Assembly: GCA_043228905.1 (NCBI GenBank)
Contig: JBHGNT010000196.1
Location: 1-55,251 of the forward strand
DNA from: Azolla caroliniana
Taxonomy: Eukaryota; Plantae; Polypodiophyta
Length of the DNA stretch: 55,251 nucleotides
Direction of reading: 5' to 3'
Below the pieces are notes generated by a model. That model searched no databases and had not been told where the DNA came from. It saw only the letters and a list, made by a program, of their open reading frames with translations. The first letter of the stretch is position 1. Every line of letters starts with the position of its first letter. The translations under genes and the position numbers were made by a program. Shown here one piece after another: positions 11,501-25,600 of the stretch.

Positions 11501-14500
11501 AAGGGCTCCTCTCAACTCACTCCTCAAATTTGCTAATTTCGTCATGTCTCTTGACCTTAGTTTCAAAATCTTGTTTTTTTTATTCCATATCATAGCTAGC
11601 GTTGTTAACTTCGATCCGCATGTTTGAACACAAAAATCCGATATCACACGAACCAGGTATGAACATTATAATTTACCTACTAGCTCTTCTCAACTCCCTC
11701 CTGAAATTTGGAAATTTCGTCATGTCTCTCGACCTTAGTTTCAAAATATTGATTTTTTAATTCCATATCATAGCTAGCGTTGTTAGCTTCGATTCGCATG
11801 TTTGAACACAAAAATCCGATATCACACGAACCAGGTATAAACATTGTAATTTACTCAAGGGCTTCTCTCAACTCACTCCTCAAATTTGCTAATTTCGTCA
11901 TGTCTCTCGACCTAACTTTCAAAATATTGCTTTTTTAATTCCATATCATTGCTAGCGTTGTTAGCTTCGATTCGCATGTTTGAACACAAAAATCCGATAT
12001 CACACGAACCAGGTATGAACATTATAATTTACCTACTAGCCCTTCTCAACTCCCTCCTGAAATTTCGAAATTTCGTCATGTCTCTCGACCTGAGTTTCAA
12101 AATCTTGATTTTTTAATTCCATATCATAACTAGCGTTGTTAGCTTCGATTCGCATGTTTGTACACAAAAATCCGATATCACACTCGCTAGGTATGACCAT
12201 TTTAATTTACTCAAGGGCTCCTCTCAACTCACTCCTCAAATTTGCTAATTTCGTCATGTCTCTCGACCTGAGTTTCAAAATCTTGATTTTTTAATTCCAT
12301 ATCATAGCGAGCGTTGTTAGCTTCGATTCGCATGTTTGAACACAAAAATCCGATATCACACTCGCTAGGTATAACCATTTTAATTTACTCAAGGGCTCCT
12401 CTCAACTCACTCCTCAAATTTGCTAATTTCGTCATGTCTCTCGACCTTAGTTTCAAAATATTGATTTTTTAATTCCATATCATAGCTAGCGTTGTTAGCT
12501 TCGATTCGCATGTTTGAACACAAAAATCCGATATCACACGAACCAGGTATAAACATTGTAATTTACTCAAGGGCTTCTCTCAACTCACTCCTCAAATTTG
12601 CTAATTTCGTCATGTCTCTCGACCTGACTTTCAAAATATTGATTTTTTAATTCCATATCATAGCTAGCGTTGTTAGCTTCGATTCGCATGTTTGAACACA
12701 AAAATCCGATATCACACGAGCCAGGTATGAACATTTTAGTTTACTCAAGGGCTCCTCTCAACTCCCTCCTAAAATTTGCTAATTTCGTCATGTCTCTCGA
12801 CCTGAGTTTCCAAATCTTGATTTTTTAATTCCATATCATAGCTAGCGTTGTTAGCTTCGATTCGCATGTTTGTACACAAAAGTGCGATATCACACTCGCT
12901 AGGTATGAACAATTTAATTTACTCAAGGGCTCCTCTCAACTCACTCCTCAAATTTGCTAATTTCGTCATGTCTCTCGACCTGAGTTTCAAAATCTTGATT
13001 TTTTAATTCTATATCATACCTAGCGTTGTTAGCTTCGATTCCAATGTTTGAACACAAAAATCTGATATCACACGAGCCAGGTATGAACATTGTAATTTAC
13101 CTAATAGCTCTTCTTAACTCCCTCCTCAAATTTGGTAATTTCTTCATGTCTCTCGACCTGGGTTTCAAAATCTTGATTTTTTAATTTCATATCATAGCTA
13201 GCGTTGTTAGCTTCGATTCGCATGTTTGTACACAAAAATCCGATATCACACTCGCTAGGTATGACCATTTTAATTTACTCAAGGGCTCCTCTCAACTCAC
13301 TCCTCAAATTTGCTAATTTCGTCATGTCTCTCGACCTGAGTTTCAAAATCTTGATTTTTTAATTCCATATCATTGCTAGCGTTGTTAGCTTCGATTCGCA
13401 TGTTTGAACACAAAAATCCGATATAACACGAGCTAGGTATGAATATTTTTATTTACTCAAGGGCTCCTCTCAACTCCCTCGTCAAGGTTGCTAATTTCGT
13501 CATGTCTCTCGACCTGAGTTTCAAAATCTTGATTTTTTAATTCCATATCATAGCTAGCGTTGTTAGCTTCGATTCGCATGTTTGAACACAAAAATCCGAT
13601 ATCACGCTCGCTAGGTATGACCATTTTAATTTACTCAAGGGCTCCTCTCAACTCACTCCTCAAATTTGCTAATTTCTTCATGTCTCTCGACCTGAGTTTC
13701 AAAATCTTGATTTTTTAATTCCATATCATAGCTAGCGTTGTTAGCTTCGATTCGCATGTTTGTACACGAAAATCCGATATCACACTCGCTAGGTATGACC
13801 ATTTTAATTTACTCAAGGGCTCCTCTCGACTCACTCCTCAAATTTGCTAATTTCGTCATGCCTCTCGAGTTGATTTTCAAAATCTTGATTTTTTAATTCT
13901 ATATCATAGCTAGCGTTGTTAGCTTCGATTCCCATGTTTGAACACAAAAATCCGATATCACACGAGCCAGGTATGAACATTTTAATTCACTCACGCGCTC
14001 TTCCAACGTCACACCTCAAATTTGGTAATTTCATCATGTCTCTCGACTGGAGTTTCAAAATCTTGATTTTTTAATTCCATATCATAGCTAACGTTGTTAG
14101 CTTCGATTCGCATGTTTGAACACAAAAATCCGATATCACGCTCGCTAGGTATGACCATTTTAATTTACTCAAGGGCTCCTCTCAACTCACTCCTCAAATT
14201 TGCTAATTTCTTCATGTCTCTCGACTTGAGTTTCAAAATCTTGATTTTTTAATTCCATATCATAGCTAGCGTTGTTAGCTTCGACTCGCATGTTTGTACA
14301 CAAAAATCCGATATCACACTCGCTAGGTATGACCATTTTAATTTACTCAAGGGCTCCTCTCAACTCACTCCTCAAATTTGGTAATTTCGTCATGTCTCTC
14401 GACCTGAGTTTCAAAATCTTGATTTTTTAATTCCATATCATAGCTAGCGTTGTTAGCTTCGATTTGCATGTTTGAACACAAAAATCCGATATCACACGAG

Positions 14501-15099
14501 CTAGGTATGAACATTTTTATTTACTCAAGGGCTCCTCTCAACTCCCTCGTCAAGGTTGCTAATTTCGTCATGTCTCTCGACCTGAGTTTCAAAATCTTGA
14601 TTTTTTAATTCCATATCATAGCTAGCGTTCTTAGCTTCGATTCGCAGGTTTGAACACAAAAATCCGATATCACAGGAACCAGGTATGAACATTGTAATTT
14701 ACCTACTAGCTCTTCTCAACTCCCTCCTCAAATTTGGAAATTTCGTCATGTCTCTCGACCTGAGTTTCAAAATCTTGTTTTTTTTATTCCATATCATAGC
14801 TAGCGTTGTTAGCTTCGATTCGCATGTTTGAACACAAAAATCCGATATCACGCTCGCTAGGTATGACCATTTTAATTTACTCAAGGGCTCCTCTCAACTC
14901 CCTCGTCAAGGTTGCTATTTTCGTCATGTCTCTCCACCTGATTTTCAAAATCTTGATTTTTTAATTCCATATCATAGCTAGCGTTGTTAGTTTCGATTCG
15001 CATGTTTGAACACAAAAATCCGATATCACACGAGCTAGGTATGAATATTTTAATTTGCTCAAGGGCCCCTCTCAACTCCCTCCTCAAATTTAGTAATTT

Positions 15100-18000
15100 C
15101 GTCATGTCTCTTGACCTGAGTTTCAAAATCTTGATTATTTAATTCCATATCATAGCTAGCGTTGTTAGCTTCGATTCGCATGTTTGTACACAAAAATCCG
15201 ATATCACACTCGCTATGTATGACCATTTTAATTTACTCAAGGGCTCCTCTCAACTCACTCCTCAAATTTGCTAATTTCGTCATGTCTCTTGACCTTAGTT
15301 TCAAAATCTTGTTTTTTTTATTCCATATCATAGCTAGTGTTGTTAACTTCGATCCGCATGTTTGGACACAAAAATCCGATATCACACGAACCAGGTATGA
15401 ACATTATAATTTACCTACTAGCTCTTCTCAACTCCCTCCTGAAATTTGGAAATTTCGTCATGTCTCTCGACCTTAGTTTCAAAATATTGATTTTTTAATT
15501 CCATATCATAGCTAGCGTTGTTAGCTTCGATTCGCATGTTTGAACACAAAAATCCGATATCACACGAACCAGGTATAAACATTGTAATTTACTCAAGGGC
15601 TTCTCTCAACTCACTCCTCAAATTTGCTAATTTCGTCATGTCTCTCGACCTGACTTTCAAAATATTGCTTTTTTAATTCCATATCATTGCTAGCGTTGTT
15701 AGCTTCGATTCGCATGTTTGAACACAAAAATCCGATATCACACGAACCAGGTATGAACATTATAATTTACCTACTAGCTCTTCTCAACTCCCTCCTGAAA
15801 TTTCGAAATTTCGTCATGTCTCTCGACCTGAGTTTCAAAATCTTGATTTTTTAATTCCATATCATAACTAGCGTTGTTAGCTTCGATTCGCATGTTTGTA
15901 CACAAAAATCCGATATCACACTCGCTAGGTATGACCATTTTAATTTACTCAAGGGCTCCTCTCAACTCACTCCTCAAATTTGCTAATTTCGTCATGTCTC
16001 TCGACCTGAGTTTCAAAATCTTGATTTTTTAATTCCATATCATAGCTAGCGTTGTTAGCTTCGATTCGCATGTTTGAACACAAAAATCCGATATCACACT
16101 CGCTAGGTATAACCATTTTAATTTACTCAAGGGCTCCTCTCAACTCACTCCTCAAATTTGCTAATTTCGTCATGTCTCTCGACCTTAGTTTCAAAATATT
16201 GATTTTTTAATTCCATATCATAGCTAGCGTTGTTAGATTCGATTCGCATGTTTGAACACAAAAATCCGATATCACACGAACCAGGTATAAACATTGTAAT
16301 TTACTCAAGGGCTTCTCTCAACTCACTCCTCAAATTTGCTAATTTCGTCATGTCTCTCGACCTGACTTTCAAAATATTGATTTTTTAATTCCATATCATA
16401 GCTAGCGTTGTTAGCTTCGATTCGCATGTTTGAACACAAAAATCCGATATCACACGAGCCAGGTATGAACATTTTAATTTACTCAAGGGCTCCTCTCAAC
16501 TCCCTCCTCAAATTTGCTAATTTCGTCATGTCTCTCGACCTTAGTTTCAAAATCTTGATTTTTTAATTCCATATCATAGCTAGCGTTGTTAGCTTCGATT
16601 CGCATGTTTGTACACAAAAGTGCGATATCACACTCGCTAGGTATGAACAATTTAATTTACTCAAGGGCTCCTCTCAACTCACTCCTCAAATTTGCTAATT
16701 TCGTCATGTCTCTCCACCTGAGTTTAAAAATCATGATTTTTCAATTCCATATCATAGCTAGCGTTGTTAGCTTCGATTCACATGTTTGTACACAAAAATC
16801 CGATATCACACTCGCTAGGTATGACCATTTTAATTTACTCAAGGGCTCCTCTCAACTCCCTCCTCAAATTTGGTAATTTCGTCATGTCTCTCGACCTGGG
16901 TTTCAAAATCTTGATTTTTTAATTCCATATCATACCTAGCGTTGTTAGCTTCGATTCCAATGTTTGAACACAAAAATCCGATATCACACTCGCTAGGTAT
17001 GACCAATTTAATTTACTCAAGGGCTCCTCTCAACTCACTCCTCAAATTTGCTAATTTCGTCATGTCTCTTGACCTGAGTTTCAAAATCTTGATTATTTAA
17101 TTCCATATCATAGCTAGCGTTGTTAGCTTCGATTCGCATGTTTGTACACAAAAATCCGATATCACACTCGCTATGTATGACCATTTTAATTTACTCAAGG
17201 GCTCCTCTCAACTCACTCCTCAAATTTGCTAATTTCGTCATGTCTCTTGACCTTAGTTTCAAAATCTTGTTTTTTTTATTCCATATCATAGCTAGTGTTG
17301 TTAACTTCGATCCGCATGTTTGAACACAAAAATCCGATATCACACGAACCAGGTATGAACATTATAATTTACCTACTAGCTCTTCTCAACTCCCTCCTGA
17401 AATTTGGAAATTTCGTCATGTCTCTCGACCTTAGTTTCAAAATATTGATTTTTTAATTCCATATCATAGCTAGCGTTGTTAGCTTCGATTCGCATGTTTG
17501 AACACAAAAATCCGATATCACACGAACCAGGTATAAACATTGTAATTTACTCAAGGGCTTCTCTCAACTCACTCCTCAAATTTGCTAATTTCGTCATGTC
17601 TCTCGACCTGACTTTCAAAATATTGCTTTTTTAATTCCATATCATTGCTAGCGTTGTTAGCTTCGATTCGCATGTTTGAACACAAAAATCCGATATCACA
17701 CGAACCAGGTATGAACATTATAATTTACCTACTAGCTCTTCTCAACTCCCTCCTGAAATTTCGAAATTTCGTCATGTCTCTCGACCTGAGTTTCAAAATC
17801 TTGATTTTTTAATTCCATATCATAACTAGCGTTGTTAGCTTCGATTCGCATGTTTGTACACAAAAATCCGATATCACACTCGCTAGGTATGACCATTTTA
17901 ATTTACTCAAGGGCTCCTCTCAACTCACTCCTCAAATTTGCTAATTTCGTCATGTCTCTCGACCTGAGTTTCAAAATCTTGATTTTTTAATTCCATATCA

Positions 18001-19020
18001 TAGCTAGCGTTGTTAGCTTCGATTCGCATGTTTGAACACAAAAATCCGATATCACACTCGCTAGGTATAACCATTTTAATTTACTCAAGGGCTCCTCTCA
18101 ACTCACTCCTCAAATTTGCTAATTTCGTCATGTCTCTCGACCTTAGTTTCAAAATATTGATTTTTTAATTCCATATCATAGCTAGCGTTGTTAGATTCGA
18201 TTCGCATGTTTGAACACAAAAATCCGATATCACACGAACCAGGTATAAACATTGTAATTTACTCAAGGGCTTCTCTCAACTCACTCCTCAAATTTGCTAA
18301 TTTCGTCATGTCTCTCGACCTGACTTTCAAAATATTGATTTTTTAATTCCATATCATAGCTAGCGTTGTTAGCTTCGATTCGCATGTTTGAACACAAAAA
18401 TCCGATATCACACGAGCCAGGTATGAACATTTTAATTTACTCAAGGGCTCCTCTCAACTCCCTCCTCAAATTTGCTAATTTCGTCATGTCTCTCGACCTT
18501 AGTTTCAAAATCTTGATTTTTTAATTCCATATCATAGCTAGCGTTGTTAGCTTCGATTCGCATGTTTGTACACAAAAGTGCGATATCACACTCGCTAGGT
18601 ATGAACAATTTAATTTACTCAAGGGCTCCTCTCAACTCACTCCTCAAATTTGCTAATTTCGTAATGTCTCTCCACCTGAGTTTAAAAATCATGATTTTTC
18701 AATTCCATATCATAGCTAGCGTTGTTAGCTTCGATTCACATGTTTGTACACAAAAATCCGATATCACACTCGCTAGGTATGACCATTTTAATTTACTCAA
18801 GGGCTCCTCTCAACTCCCTCCTCAAATTTGGTAATTTCGTCATGTCTCTCGACCTGGGTTTCAAAATCTTGATTTTTTAATTCCATATCATACCTAGCGT
18901 TGTTAGCTTCGATTCCAATGTTTGAACACAAAAATCCGATATCACACTCGCTAGGTATGACCAATTTAATTTACTCAAGGGCTCCTCTCAACTCACTCCT
19001 CAAATTTGCTAATTTCGTCA
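15100..19020. repeat. Tandem duplication of an 11-monomer (1958 bp) unit
   Basis: GATTATTT at 15133 and 17091, CCAATTTA at 17003 and 18961; ORF pairs 15162/17120 and 16586/18544 are all offset by 1958 = 11 x 178. Confidence 0.92.
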
Positions 19021-21680
19021 TGTCTCTCGACCTGAGTTTCAAAATCTTGATTTTTTAATTCTATATCATACCTAGCGTTGTTAGCTTCGATTCCAATGTT
19101 TGAACACAAAAATCCGATATCACACGAGCCAGGTATGAACATTGTAATTTACCTAATAGCTCTTCTTAACTCCCTCCTCAAATTTGGTAATTTCTTCATG
19201 TCTCTCGACCTGAGTTTCAAAATCTTAATTTTTTAATTCCATATCATAGCTAGCGTTGTTAGCTTCGATTCGCATGTTTGTACACAAAAATCCGATATCA
19301 CACTCGCTAGGTATGACCATTTTAATTTACTCAAGGGCTCCTCTCAACTCACTCGTCAAATTTGCTAATTTCGTCATGTCTCTCGACCTGAGTTTCAAAA
19401 TCTTGATTTTTTAATTCCATATCATTGCTAGCGTTGTTAGCTTCGATTCGCATGTTTGAACAGAAAAATCCGATATCACACGAGCCAGGTATGAACATTT
19501 TAATTCACTCACGCGCTCTTCCAACCTCACTCCTCAAATTTGGTAATTTCTTCATGTCTCTCGACTTGAGTTGCAAAATCTTGATTTTTTAATTCCATAT
19601 CATAGCTAGCGTTGTTAGCTTCGATTCGCATGTTTGAACACAAAAATCCAATATCACACTCGCTAGGTATAACCATTTTAATTTACTCAAGGGCTCCTCT
19701 CAACTCACTCCTCAAATTTGCTAATTTCGTCATGTCTCTCGACCTTAGTTTCAAAATCTTGATTTTTTAATTCCATATCATAGCTAGCGTTGTTAGCTTC
19801 GATTCGCATGTTTGAACACAAAAATCCGATATCACACGAACCAAGTATAAACATTGTAATTTACTCAAGGGCTTCTCTCAACTCACTCCTCAAATTTGCT
19901 AATTTCGTCATGTCTCTCGACCTGACTTTCAAAATATTGATTTTTTAATTCCATATCATAGCTAGCGTTGTTAGCTTCGATTCGCATGTTTGAACACAAA
20001 AATCAGATATCACACGAGCCAGGTATGAACATTTTAATTTACTCAAGGGCTCCTCTCAACTCCCTCCTCAAATTTGGTAATTTCGTCATGTCTCTCGACC
20101 TGACTTTCAAAATATTGCTTTTTTAATTCCATATCATTGCTAGCGTTGTTAGCTTCGATTCGCATGTTTGAACACAAAAATCCGATATCACACGAACCAG
20201 GTATGAACATTATAATTTACCTACTAGCTCTTCTCAACTCCCTCCTCAAATTTGGTAATTTCGTGATGTCTCTCGACCTTGGTTTCAAAAACTTGATTTT
20301 TTAATTCCATATCAGAGCTAGCGTTGTTAGCTTCGATTCGCATGTTTGAACACAAAAATCCGATATCACACTCGCTAGGTATGACCAATTTAATTTACTC
20401 AAGGGCTCCTCTCAACTCACTCCTCAAATTTGCTAATTTCGTCATGTCTCTCGACCTGAGTTTCAAAATCTTGATTTTTCAATTCCATATCATAGCTAGC
20501 GTTGTTAGCTTCGATTCCAATGTTTGAACACAAAAATCCGATATCACACGAGCCAGGTATGAACATTGTAATTTACCTAATAGCTCTTCTTAACTCCCTC
20601 CTCAAATTTGGTAATTTCATCATGTCTCTCGACCTGAGTTTCAAAATCTTAATTTTTTAATTCCATATCATAGCTAGCGTTGTTAGCTTCGATTCGCATG
20701 TTTGTACACAAAAATCCGATATCACACTCGCTAGGTATGACCATTTTAATTTACTCAAGGGCTCCTCTCAACTCACTCCTCAAATTTGCTAATTTCGTCA
20801 TGTCTCTCGACCTGAGTTTCAAAATCTTGATTTTTTAATTCCATATCATTGCTAGCGTTGTTAGCTTCAATTCGCATGTTTGAACACAAAAATCCGATAT
20901 CACACGAGCCAGGTATGAACATTTTAATTCACTCACGCGCTCTTCCAACCTCACTCCTCAAATTTGGTAATTTCTTCATGTCTCTCGACTTGAGTTGCAA
21001 AATCTTGATTTTTTAATTCCATATCATAGCTAGCGTTGTTAGCTTCGATTCGCATGTTTGAACACAAAAATCCAATATCACACTCGCTAGGTATAACCAT
21101 TTTAATTTACTCAAGGGCTCCTCTCAACTCACTCCTCAAATTTGCTAATTTCGTCATGTCTCTCGACCTTAGTTTCAAAATCTTGATTTTTTAATTCCAT
21201 ATCATAGCTAGCGTTGTTAGCTTCGATTCGCATGTTTGAACACAAAAATCCGATATCACACGAACCAAGTATAAACATTGTAATTTACTCAAGGGCTTCT
21301 CTCAACTCACTCCTCAAATTTGCTAATTTCGTCATGTCTCTCGACCTGACTTTCAAAATATTGATTTTTTAATTCCATATCATAGCTAGCGTTGTTAGCT
21401 TCGATTCGCATGTTTGAACACAAAAATCAGATATCACACGAGCCAGGTATGAACATTTTAATTTACTCAAGGGCTCCTCTCAACTCACTCCTCAAATTTG
21501 GTAATTTCGTCATGTCCCTCGACCTGACTTTCAAAATATTGCTTTTTTAATTCCATATCATTGCTAGCGTTGTTAGCTTCGATTCGCATGTTTGAACACA
21601 AAAATCCGATATCACACGAACCAGGTATGAACATTATAATTTACCTACTAGCTCTTCTCAACTCCCTCCTGAAATTTCGA
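18950..21680. repeat. Tandem duplication of an 8-monomer (1424 bp) unit
   Basis: AATCTTAATT at 19221 and 20645, CCAAGTATAA at 19841 and 21265, AATCAGATAT at 20001 and 21425; offset 1424 = 8 x 178. Confidence 0.88.
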
Positions 21681-22210
21681 AATTTCGTCATGTCTCTCGA
21701 CCTGAGTTTCAAAATCTTGATTTTTTAATTCCATATCATAACTAGCGTTGTTAGCTTCGATTCGCATGTTTGTACACAAAAATCCGATATCACACTCGCT
21801 AGGTATGACCATTTTAATTTACTCAAGGGCTCCTCTCAACTCACTCCTCAAATTTGCTAATTTCGTCATATCTCTCGACCTGACTTTCAAAATATTGCTT
21901 TTTTAATTCCATATCATTGCTAGCGTTGTTAGCTTCGATTCGCATGTTTGAACACAAAAATCCGATATCACACGAACCAGGTATGAACATTATAATTTAC
22001 CTACTAGCTCTTCTCAACTCCCTCCTGAAATTTCGAAATTTCGTCATGTCTCTCGACCTGAGTTTCAAAATCTTGATTTTTTAATTCCATATCATAACTA
22101 GCGTTGTTAGCTTCGATTCGCATGTTTGTACACAAAAATCCGATATCACACTCGCTAGGTATGACCATTTTAATTTACTCAAGGGCTCCTCTCAACTCAC
22201 TCCTCAAATT
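21500..22210. repeat. Dimer (356 bp) duplication
   Basis: GCTTTTTTAATTCCATATCATTGC at 21541 and 21897, each followed by the same TTTCGAAATTT / ATAACTAG monomer. Confidence 0.75.
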
Positions 22211-22929
22211 TGCTAATTTCGTCATGTCTCTCGACCTGAGTTTCAAAATCTTGATTTTTTAATTCCATATCATAGCTAGCGTTGTTAGCTTCGATTCGCA
22301 TGTTTGAACACAAAAATCCGATATCACACTCGCTAGGTATAACCATTTTAATTTACTCAAGGGCTCCTCTCAACTCACTCCTCAAATTTGGTAATTTCGT
22401 CATGTCTCTCGACCTTAGTTTCAAAATATTGATTTTTTAATTCCATATCATAGCTAGCGTTGTTAGCTTCGATTCGCATGTTTGAACACAAAAATCCGAT
22501 ATCACACGAACCAGGTATAAACATTGTAATTTACTCAAGGGCTTCTCTCAACTCACTCCTCAAATTTGCTAATTTCGTCATGTGTCTCGACCTGACTTTC
22601 AAAATATTGATTTTTTAATTCCATATCATAGCTAGCGTTGTTAGCTTCGATTCGCATGTTTGAACACAAAAATCCGATATCACACGAGCCAGGTATGAAC
22701 ATTTTAATTTACTCAAGGGCTCCTCTCAACTCCCTCCTCAAATTTGCTAATTTCGTCATGTCTCTCCACCTGAGTTTCAAAATCTTGATTTTTTAATTCC
22801 ATATCATAGCTAGCGTTGTTAGCTTCGATTCACATGTTTGTACACAAAAATCCGATATCAAACTCGCTAGGTATGACCATTTTAATTTACTCAAGGGCTC
22901 CTCTGAACTCCCTCCTCAAATTTGGTAAT

Positions 22930-25600
22930 TTCGTCATGTCTCTCGACCTGGGTTTCAAAATCTTGATTTTTTAATTCCATATCATAGCTAGCGTTGTTAG
23001 CTTCGATTCGCATGTTTGTACACAAAAGTGCGATATCACACTCGCTAGGTATGTACATTTTAATTTACTCAAGGGCTCCTCTCAACTCACTCCTCAAATT
23101 TGCTAATTTCGTCATGTCTCTCCACCTGAGTTTCAAAATCTTGATTTTTTAATTCCATATCATAGCTAGCGTTGTTAGCTTCGATTCACATGTTTGTACA
23201 CAACAATCCGATATCACACTCGCTAGGTATGACCATTTTAATTTACTCAAGGGCTCCTCTCAACTCCCTCCTCAAATTTGGTAATTTCGTCATGTCTCTC
23301 GACCTGGGTTTCAAAATCTTGATTTTTTAATTCCATATCGTAGCTAGCGTTGTTAGCTTCGATTCGCATGTTTGAACAGAAAAATCCGATATCACACGTG
23401 CCAGGTATGAACATTTTAATTTACCTACTAGCTCTTCTCAACTCCCTCCTCAAATTTGGTAATTTCGTTATGTTTCTCGACCTGGGTTTCAAAATCTTGA
23501 TTTTTTAATTCCATATCAGAGCTAGCGTTGTTAGCTTCGATTCGCATGTTTGAACACAAAAATCCGATATCACACGAGCCAGGTATGAACATTGTAATTT
23601 ACTCAAGGGCTCCTCTCAACTCACTCCTCAAATTTGCTAATTTCGTCATATCTCTCGACCTGACTTTCAAAATATTGATTTTTTAATTCCATATCATAGC
23701 TAGCGTTGTTAGCTTCGATTCGCATGTTTGAACACAAAAATCCGATATCACACGACCAGGTATGAACATTTTAATTCACTCACGCGCTCTTCCAACCTCA
23801 CTCCTCAAATTTGGTAATTTCTTCATGTCTCTCGACTTGAGTTGCAAAATCTTGATTTTTTAATTCCATATCATAGCTAGCGTTTTTAGCTTCGATTGGC
23901 ATGTTTGAACACAAAAATCCGATATCACACGAACCAGGTATGAACATTATAATTTACCTACTAGCTCTTCTCAACCCCCTCCTGAAATTTGGAAATTTCA
24001 TCATGTCTCTCGACCTGAGTTTCAAAATCTTGATTTTTTTATTCCATATCATAGCTAGCGTTGTTAGCTTCGATTCGCATGTTTGTACACAAAAATCCGA
24101 TATCACACTCGCTAGGTATGACCATTTTAAATTATTCAAGGGCTCCTCTCAACTCACTCCTCAAATTAGGTAATTTCGTCATGTCTCTCGACCTGGGTTT
24201 CAAAATCTTGATTTTTTAATTCCATATCATAGCTAGCGTTGTTAGCTTCGATTCGCATGTTTGTACACAAAAGTGCGATTTCACACTCGCTAGGTATGAA
24301 CATTTTAATTTACTCAAGGGCTCCTCTCAACTCACTCCTCAAATTTGCTAATTTCGTCATGTCTCTCCACCTGAGTTTCAAAATCTTGATTTTTTAATTC
24401 CATATCATAGCTAGCGTTGTTAGCTTCGATTCACATGTTTGTACACAACAATCCGATATCACACTCGCTAGGTATGACCATTTTAATTTACTCAAGGGCT
24501 CCTCTCAACTCCCTCCTCAAATTTGGTAATTTCGTCATGTCTCTCGACCTGGGTTTCAAAATCTTGATTTTTTAATTCCATATCGTAGCTAGCGTTGTTA
24601 GCTTCGATTCGCATGTTTGAACAGAAAAATCCGATATCACACGTGCCAGGTATGAACATTTTAATTTACCTACTAGCTCTTCTCAACTCCCTCCTCAAAT
24701 TTGGTAATTTCGTTATGTTTCTCGACCTGGGTTTCAAAATCTTGATTTTTTAATTCCATATCATAGCTAGCGTTGTTAGCTTCGATTCGCATGTTTGAAC
24801 ACAAAAATCCGATATCACACGAGCCAGGTATGAACATTTTAATTTACCTACTAGCTCTTCTCAACTCCCTCCTCAAATTTTGTAATTTCGTGATGTCTCT
24901 CGACCTTGGTTTCAAAATCTTGATTTTTTAATTCCATATCAGAGCTAGCGTTGTTAGCTTCGATTCGCATGTTTGAACACAAAAATCCGATATCACACGA
25001 GCCAGGTATGAACATTGTAATTTACTCAAGGGCTCCTCTCAACTCACTCCTCAAATTTGCTAATTTAGTCATATCTCTCGACCTGACTTTCAAAATATTG
25101 ATTTTTTAATTCCATATCATAGCTAGCGTTGTTAGCTTCGATTCGCATGTTTGAACACAAAAATCCGATATCACACGACCAGGTATGAACATTTTAATTC
25201 ACTCACGCGCTCTTCCAACCTCACTCCTCAAATTTGGTAATTTCTTCATGTCTCTCGACTTGAGTTGCAAAATCTTGATTTTTTAATTCCATATCATAGC
25301 TAGCGTTTTTAGCTTCGATTGGCATGTTTGAACACAAAAATCCGATATCACACGAACCAGGTATGAACATTATAATTTACCTACTAGCTCTTCTCAACCC
25401 CCTCCTGAAATTTGGAAATTTCATCATGTCTCTCGACCTGAGTTTCAAAATCTTGATTTTTTTATTCCATATCATAGCTAGCGTTGTTAGCTTCGATTCG
25501 CATGTTTGTACACAAAAATCCGATATCACACTCGCTAGGTATGACCATTTTAAATTATTCAAGGGCTCCTCTCAACTCACTCCTCAAATTTGGTAATTTC
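22930..25600. repeat. Tandem duplication with unequal copies (7 monomers, then 8 monomers)
   Basis: CAACAATCCG at 23201 and 24446 (offset 1245 = 7 x 178 - 1); CACGACCAGG at 23751 and 25174 and ORFs 23901/25324 (offset 1423 = 8 x 178 - 1). Confidence 0.85.

Noticed and set aside
23395-23400. G-box CACGTG in some monomers (also near 24640, 30511, 31579, 32469, 34783)
   Set aside because: A single substitution of CACGAG spread by block duplication, with no gene nearby.
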